Shown in pieces: positions 58,241-64,000 of a stretch of DNA of 64,000 nucleotides. Source of the DNA: Capsulimonadaceae bacterium (GTDB lineage: Bacteria; Armatimonadota; Armatimonadia; Armatimonadales; Capsulimonadaceae); the NCBI GenBank assembly GCA_965215505.1, contig OZ244065.1, positions 896,001-960,000 of the forward strand. Direction: 5' to 3'. The notes below the pieces were generated by a model. The model made no database searches and was not told the origin of the DNA. It worked only from the letters and a program-made list of their open reading frames with translations. Made by a program: the position numbers and the translations under genes. How positions within the stretch are numbered: position 1 is the first letter of the stretch; every line of letters starts with the position of its first letter.

Positions 58241-59341
58241 TTATAGTGGAGTCAACAGCAGACCATGGACGACGCTGTCCTCTTCCCCTCCACCCTTCTC
58301 CCCTTCACAGGCGATCTGCCCGCAGTCGTTGATATCCACCGCCACCGCGATGTGCCATCCCGATGTTGAGTCAATGAGTCCGTTCAAGTCGTGCATTTTG
58401 CCGTCTTGCCAGAGGAACCCATAGATGGGGCCATCCTCGATATCTAACTCCCCCACGATTTGACCGAGGGCGTTGATAGCCAGCGGTCTGCTTTCCTGCG
58501 TCTCAGATATTCCGTCAAGGTTGATCATCGTGCCATTTTCCCACAGAAAGCCGTGAACAGGATTGTGGTCCTCCCGCTCCTGGTCGTCGGTCGCGGAAAC
58601 GCCGACGACCTGACCTGCCACATTGATGGCGTAAGGGATGCTATAACCGCCCAGTGTTCCCAATACGGTCATCCGCCCGTTCTGCCAGAGCCAGGCGTGG
58701 CTCGCATGGTTCCCGTCCGGGCTGTCCGCTGTTCCCACGATCTGCCCCACGTCATTGAGAGCATACGCTTGGAACTTGCCGCCATCGCGGGCCATGAGGT
58801 CCGTCAATCCCCCGTCGCTCCAGAGAAACGACTTGCGCGTCCTGCGGGGCGGGTGGTCGGGCTGGTCCTGGTGGAACGTATCGCTCCACCCGATGATGTC
58901 GCCTTTGTTGTTGATTGCTCTGAGAAAAACCTGCCCCGCGTCAGGATGCAGGAAAAACTCGGCCCGGCCGTCCCTCATCAAGAAGGGCAGAAGAGGCGCA
59001 CTCCCCTTGTTACCACGTCTCATGCCCCCTGGGCCAACGGAGAGGGCTTGCAGACCGTCCCCATCGCTGTCGGCCTTGCTGTGGTTTCCAATCAACTGGT
59101 AAGCCTGGCCCATGATCTGGCCCTGATCATTGATGTCCCTGGCAACGCTCGCCAAACCCTTGATTGGCATGGACAGTGCGGAGAGCCTACCATCCTGCCA
59201 AAGACAGGCGGCCCACAGGAAGCCGCTGCCGCCGTAGCCTCCCATGCCGACGACGTGACCATGGTTGTTGAGGGCATGGGCTTTGCTCATCGTGCCGCCG
59301 GGGAGTGTTCCTAAATCAATGACTCTGAAAACGGGGTTCAT
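58241..59341 (-). CDS. HAF-repeat (extracellular repeat) protein
   Basis: repeated DLGTL..S.A.AIN..GQ.VG...HAFLW-like units; start trimmed to MNPVF. Confidence 0.82.
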   Translation of the reverse strand: MNPVFRVIDLGTLPGGTMSKAHALNNHGHVVGMGGYGGSGFLWAACLWQDGRLSALSMPIKGLASVARDINDQGQIMGQAYQLIGNHSKADSDGDGLQALSVGPGGMRRGNKGSAPLLPFLMRDGRAEFFLHPDAGQVFLRAINNKGDIIGWSDTFHQDQPDHPPRRTRKSFLWSDGGLTDLMARDGGKFQAYALNDVGQIVGTADSPDGNHASHAWLWQNGRMTVLGTLGGYSIPYAINVAGQVVGVSATDDQEREDHNPVHGFLWENGTMINLDGISETQESRPLAINALGQIVGELDIEDGPIYGFLWQDGKMHDLNGLIDSTSGWHIAVAVDINDCGQIACEGEKGGGEEDSVVHGLLLTPL

Positions 59342-59367
59342 AAGGTGTGATAATACCACGTCCCCCC

Positions 59368-61908
59368 TCATACCGCCGAGTGACGGTAAAAGATCGTCTT
59401 GGCCGTCTCAGACACAACGATGTAGAAGACCATGATGCCCGCAAGCACCGGTAGGAACACCAGGGGCAGCGGGACAAACCCGAACGGACGCGCCAGCGGT
59501 GTGTAGGGCAGCAGCAAGGTGACGGCGACGATGGCGAGGGTCGCCAGCAGGAGCGGGGTGCTGGGGCGGCTCAGGTAGAACCGCTTCCGGGTGCGGATGA
59601 CCAGCACGATCAGCGAAGCAGTCACGACGCTCTCCACGAACCAGCCCGTGCGGAACTGGGCGGTGGTGGCGTGCAGAAGCCAGACCAGGACGGCGAAGGT
59701 GAGGTAGTCGCAGACGGAGCTGACCAGGCCGAAGACGAGCATGAACCGGCGGATGAACTTGATGTTCCAGCGGCGCGGGCGCGTCACCGCTTCGGGGTCA
59801 ACGCTGTCGGTGGCGATGGTCATCTCGGGGAAGTCGGTCATCAGGTTCGTCAGCAGGACCTGCTTGGGCAGGAGGGGCAGGAACGGGAGGAACAGGGACG
59901 CGCCCGCCATGCTGAACATGTTGCCGAAGTTCGCGCTCGTCGCCATGAAGACGTATTTGAGCGTGTTGGCGAAGGTGACCCGCCCCTCGCGGACGCCGCA
60001 GGCCAGCACGTCCAGGTTCTTCTCCAGCAGGACGATGTCGGCGGCTTCCTTGGCGACATCCACGGCGTTCGCCACCGAGATGCCCACGTCGGCGGCGTGG
60101 AGGGCGGAGGCGTCATTGATGCCGTCCCCCATGTAGCCGACGACATGGCCCGCGCGCTTCAGGGCCAGGATGATCCGCTCCTTCTGGTTCGGCTCCACCT
60201 CGGCGAACACATCTACACTGGGCGCGCGCTGGGTCAGCGCCTCCGTGCTCATGCGGCGCAGGTCGCCGCCGGTGACGATCTGCGGGTCGGTCATCCCGGC
60301 CTGTTTGCTGACGGTGGCGGCGACGAGGGCATTGTCGCCGGTAATCAGCTTGAGCGAGACGCCCAGGGCGCGCAGGGCTTGGAGCGAGGCGACGATGCCG
60401 TCCTGGAGCGGGTCGAACAGGGTCAGGAAGCCCAGAAACGTCATGTCGGCCTCGTGGCCCTTGCCGATAGTGGTTTCCGTCCCCGCATCGCGGTAGGCGA
60501 TGCCCAGCGTCCGGTAGCCTGCCCCGCTGAACGCGGCGTACTGCGCCTGGATCTGCGTCCGCAGGGGTCCGAGCGGGGCGGCCTTGCCGTCCGCCGTTTC
60601 CGCCGTTTGACAGACTTCCAGTACGTTCGCCAGCGCGCCTTTGGTCACCATCAGGTGCGTGTCGCCGCTTGCGACCAGCACGCTCAGGCGCTTGCGGACG
60701 AAGTCGTAAGGCTCCTCATCGAGTTTTGTGTAGCCGGACACGTCGAGCGGCTTGAAGGCGACGACCGCCTCGTCAATCGGGTTGGCGTAGCCGCTCTGGA
60801 ACTTCGCGTTCAGGAAGGCGTACAGCAAAACCTTGGCGCTGTCGTCGCCGCAGACATCCACCGCCGAGTGCAGGTGGACGGTGCCCTCGGTCAGAGTCCC
60901 GGTCTTGTCAGTACACAACACGTCCATGCTGCCGAAGTTCTCGATGGCGGCCAGCCGCTTGACGATGACCTTTTCCAATGCCATGCGCTTCGCGCCGTGG
61001 GCGAGGTTGATGCTGATGATGGCGGGCAATAGCTGCGGGGTCAGCCCGACGGCCAGCGCGAGCGAGAATAGCAGCGACTCCAGCACGGGCCGGTGGAAGT
61101 AGACGTTGGCCGCGAAGATGCCCAGCACGAGCAGAAATGTCACCTCCATCAGTAGGTAGCCGAAGTGCCGGATGCCCGACTCGAACTCGGTCTCGGGCGG
61201 CTTGCGGGTGAGGGTCTGCGAGACCTTGCCGAACTCGGTGGCGCGGCCCGTCAGCACCGCCAGGGCCTTCGCCGCGCCGCTGACCACGCTGGTGCCCAGG
61301 AACACGCTGTTGGTGCGCCTGGCGAGCGGCGTGTCGGCGGGCAGTATCGTGGGGGCTTTCTCGACCGGGAACGTCTCGCCCGTGAGGGCGGCCTCGTTGA
61401 CGAACAGGTCCTTGGACTCCACGAGCAGGCAGTCGGCGGGGACGATGTCGCCCGCACGGAGCAGGACGATGTCGCCGGGCACGACTTGGTCCGTGTGAAC
61501 GTCCGTGGGTTTGCCGTCGCGCTCACAGGTCGCCTTGATCTGCACCACGGCTAGCAGCTTCTGCACGGCGTCGGCGGCCCCACGCTCTTGCCAGAAGCCG
61601 AGAAGCCCGCTGACCAAGACAATCAGCAGGATAATCACGGCGTCGGTCGTGTCGTGGAGGAACAGCGACAGCAGGGCGGCGAAGATCAGGATGAGGATGA
61701 TGGGGCTTTTGAACTGGGACAGCAGCAGGAGCAGCATCTTCCAGAGCGGGTGCGGCTTCGCCATGCCGGGCTGACCCGCGAGACGGCCCGACGCTTCGGC
61801 CTGAGTCAAGCCTTGCGCGGTGGTTTTGAGGCGGGCGAGTAGGTCCGCCGGGGGGACGCCCCAGAAAGCGGGCGGGTCAGGGCTTGCGGGCGTCGGTTTT
61901 GTTTGCAT
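59368..61908 (-). CDS. mgtA: magnesium-translocating P-type ATPase
   Basis: LTGE, AVGLTP, DKTGTLT, KGA, TGDN, GDGINDA, SANFGN; start trimmed to MQTKP. Confidence 0.92.
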   Translation of the reverse strand: MQTKPTPASPDPPAFWGVPPADLLARLKTTAQGLTQAEASGRLAGQPGMAKPHPLWKMLLLLLSQFKSPIILILIFAALLSLFLHDTTDAVIILLIVLVSGLLGFWQERGAADAVQKLLAVVQIKATCERDGKPTDVHTDQVVPGDIVLLRAGDIVPADCLLVESKDLFVNEAALTGETFPVEKAPTILPADTPLARRTNSVFLGTSVVSGAAKALAVLTGRATEFGKVSQTLTRKPPETEFESGIRHFGYLLMEVTFLLVLGIFAANVYFHRPVLESLLFSLALAVGLTPQLLPAIISINLAHGAKRMALEKVIVKRLAAIENFGSMDVLCTDKTGTLTEGTVHLHSAVDVCGDDSAKVLLYAFLNAKFQSGYANPIDEAVVAFKPLDVSGYTKLDEEPYDFVRKRLSVLVASGDTHLMVTKGALANVLEVCQTAETADGKAAPLGPLRTQIQAQYAAFSGAGYRTLGIAYRDAGTETTIGKGHEADMTFLGFLTLFDPLQDGIVASLQALRALGVSLKLITGDNALVAATVSKQAGMTDPQIVTGGDLRRMSTEALTQRAPSVDVFAEVEPNQKERIILALKRAGHVVGYMGDGINDASALHAADVGISVANAVDVAKEAADIVLLEKNLDVLACGVREGRVTFANTLKYVFMATSANFGNMFSMAGASLFLPFLPLLPKQVLLTNLMTDFPEMTIATDSVDPEAVTRPRRWNIKFIRRFMLVFGLVSSVCDYLTFAVLVWLLHATTAQFRTGWFVESVVTASLIVLVIRTRKRFYLSRPSTPLLLATLAIVAVTLLLPYTPLARPFGFVPLPLVFLPVLAGIMVFYIVVSETAKTIFYRHSAV

Positions 61909-61921
61909 AAGGCGGTCACGT

Positions 61922-62090
61922 CCACGGGGCTGAACCCCCGTGCTTCGGTAAAGCAACTCCCCGAGGGTAAGGGCGGAGGAGTAGGGGCGCGGCGAGTCGC
62001 GCCCTCCATCCCCGCGCTCGGCCTGCTCTGTGTCTTCGCCCGCGAAGGCGGGGGCTTGCACTTCTGAAGCACGGGGGTTCAGCCCCGTGG
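61922..62090. repeat. REPIN-like element with nested GTAG-type REP
   Basis: perfect 25-bp IR 61922-61946/62066-62090; internal GTAGGGGCGCGGCGAGTCGCGCCCT at 61981-62005. Confidence 0.8.
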
Positions 62091-62103
62091 GCAGGCCCCA
62101 AGA

Positions 62104-63234
62104 TCACGCCAAAACCTCCTCGACTGGACGGCGCAGGGAGTGCGGCAGCGCGTCCGCGTACCCGAACCGCAGCAGCAGTTGCGGCTGCGCCGTACCCAGC
62201 CCCAAGTAGCTCTGGAACTGGGAACGCAGTCGGGGGACCTCGGCGGGCTGGTTGAGGAACGCCACCTGAATGCCCGACGCCGTCAGGGTCAGCGCCAGCC
62301 TTTCATACAGTCGCCCCGTCTCGATCCAGTGGCGCTTGTCGTCTGAGGCGGCAGCGATGACGATGAGGCCCGACGAGCTGCGGGCCTTTCGCGCGGACGT
62401 GTCGGCCTGCGACCCCGCGCTGGCGGCCGTCAGGAACCGCTTGCCCAGCCAGCGCGGGACGTCCGGGTTTCCGGTGCAGCGCGTGTACAGCCCGTCCAGG
62501 CTGTGGAGCGCTTCGGGCTTGTTGAACCGCATCCAGGAGACGAGTTCGGCGACGAAGGCCGGGTCGCCGAACTGACGCTGATCGCCCGCCCTGATGTACT
62601 CGATGATCGCCTCTTTGTGGCCCGAGTCCGTGAAGATCAGCGTAGAGATGCCCGCGCCGGACGTGACGGCCTCCATCTTCTTTGTCTCGGCGGGCGGGAC
62701 GGGACGCCCATCGTACAGGGACCGATTGTTCTGCCGGTGCGGGATGGCTTCAAGGAGCGTCACGGGGCCGTGGGCAGCCGACCTCGACAGTTGGAGGGCG
62801 ATGTGGTCTGCGTCCAGGCCGGGATAAGTCACATCTGCTCCGTATCCGGCGGCACCAGCAGCAATGACCAGATTCTCCAGGGCGCATCCAAGGCTGATCC
62901 AGAGTTCACGGTCCTGCGGGTCCACGGCGGGCAGACGCCGGGAGTAGTCGGGCGAGATGCGGACCGTGTCCCCCCGAACGGCGAAAAGCCACGGCTGGGT
63001 GTTGTGCCCGCTCGGTGCCAGGGTGGCATAGCGGACCAGCTCACGCATCTGTGCCGGCACGGCGGCCCCGGACCGGAACGGAGTATCCCAGGTCTGCCGC
63101 GCCTGCGCCTCGTAATCCTGCCAGGGGGCATACGTCACAAGCGCCTCGCCCAACACGGCGGCCGTTCCCGTGGCGGCGAGCGCAAGGAACCGGCGGCGGC
63201 TGAGTTTCCGGCGCGGGGGCGGGATCGTATTCAT
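62104..63234 (-). CDS. Acg family FMN-binding nitroreductase-like protein with Tat signal
   Basis: SRRRFL Tat motif; LAPSGHNTQPW; ISLGCALENL; LLRFGY. Confidence 0.88.
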   Translation of the reverse strand: MNTIPPPRRKLSRRRFLALAATGTAAVLGEALVTYAPWQDYEAQARQTWDTPFRSGAAVPAQMRELVRYATLAPSGHNTQPWLFAVRGDTVRISPDYSRRLPAVDPQDRELWISLGCALENLVIAAGAAGYGADVTYPGLDADHIALQLSRSAAHGPVTLLEAIPHRQNNRSLYDGRPVPPAETKKMEAVTSGAGISTLIFTDSGHKEAIIEYIRAGDQRQFGDPAFVAELVSWMRFNKPEALHSLDGLYTRCTGNPDVPRWLGKRFLTAASAGSQADTSARKARSSSGLIVIAAASDDKRHWIETGRLYERLALTLTASGIQVAFLNQPAEVPRLRSQFQSYLGLGTAQPQLLLRFGYADALPHSLRRPVEEVLA

Positions 63235-63246
63235 GTCGCCCTCCCG

Positions 63247-63516
63247 TTAGCGCGACTTCTGCCGGGACTGCTTGTTCTCCCAGGCCTGCAAGGCGGCCGT
63301 GTGCGCCGCTTCCGCTTCCTCCATCCGCGCACGGCTGAGGGCAAGCACGTCCGGGGACGCCCCGCCGTTCAGCGCGGCCTCTTCCTTCTTCTGCGCGTAT
63401 TGCGCGCGCCGACCGGCTGCCGTTTGCTGAAGGACAGCCAGCCGCTCGACCTCCGCCCTGGTTTTCGTGTCCTGGGCGGACAGCCGCCGCCAGAGGAGGG
63501 TGAAATAGTTTCCCAT
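63247..63516 (-). CDS. hypothetical small helical protein
   Basis: fills the gap between cydB and acg; start uncertain. Confidence 0.45.
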   Translation of the reverse strand: MGNYFTLLWRRLSAQDTKTRAEVERLAVLQQTAAGRRAQYAQKKEEAALNGGASPDVLALSRARMEEAEAAHTAALQAWENKQSRQKSR

Positions 63517-63572
63517 GAGAGTTGTCTTTCTAATGCCGGCAGAGTTTCTTGACTGCGGGACGCTTCCCTGCA

Positions 63573-64000
63573 TCAGTAGCCATGCTCGCCCTCACCCACA
63601 CGCACGGTCCCCCGGAAGACGCGGTGGATGTAGACGTTGTAGGCGATCACGATCCCCATCATCACCACGTTCACCGCCAAAGCCGTCTCCAAGGTGTGCC
63701 GGGCCGAAGCGGCGTTGAAGATCGAAAGCCCCTGCCCCGTCTGCCCCAAGGTCGGCAGCATCAGCGGGTATATCCCGGCACCCGCCGAACCCATCAGGGC
63801 CGCCAGGAAGGCCGCCCCCGCCACGACCGCCCGCCCGTCCTCGGCCCGCCGCAGGGACAGGAAGAGGGCGACAAGCGACGCCAAGGCCATCAAGGGCAGG
63901 ACCAGCAGGAAGGGGCGATGGGCGAAATTCGCGCCGATGTCGGGCCGCACCAAGAAGGCGAAGGCGGATGTGACGGCGGCCAGCACGGCGACCACGGGCA
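63573..64000 (-). CDS. cydB: cytochrome bd ubiquinol oxidase subunit II (3' part, truncated by window edge)
   Basis: YPLMLP...LSIFNAASARHTL...Y...HRVFRG...Y C-terminal pattern. Confidence 0.85.
   Translation of the reverse strand, partial: PVVAVLAAVTSAFAFLVRPDIGANFAHRPFLLVLPLMALASLVALFLSLRRAEDGRAVVAGAAFLAALMGSAGAGIYPLMLPTLGQTGQGLSIFNAASARHTLETALAVNVVMMGIVIAYNVYIHRVFRGTVRVGEGEHGY

Overview
GC-rich bacterial chromosome segment. Gene content (DUF6785-like membrane protein, RsbV/RsbW/SigB module, many secreted glycan-active proteins) suggests Armatimonadota, but this is an inference. About 60 CDSs: housekeeping genes (ung, rarA, mnmA, purC, thrC, hom, accB, pheA, dapF), carbohydrate-active enzymes, a general-stress sigma module and a low-oxygen/fermentation cluster (cydB, Acg, mgtA, xfp, ackA). 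The most striking structure is at 4196-4973 on the minus strand. A strong tRNA-type promoter is followed by the 5' stub of a canonical tRNA, a Cys-rich HNH endonuclease, an atypical complete tRNA-Val(UAC) overlapping the HNH stop codon, and the decayed 3' half of the canonical tRNA. This looks like a homing-endonuclease cassette that destroyed a host tRNA gene and supplied a divergent replacement. Other notable items: an attenuator-like leader before an ABC-F gene, many apparently leaderless genes, several REP/REPIN-like elements, an orphan DUF692-like enzyme, a recurring C-terminal VWPPxP motif, a doubly frameshifted pckA and an M48 peptidase with an in-frame TGA. All protein calls come from motif recognition by eye; no database searches were run.
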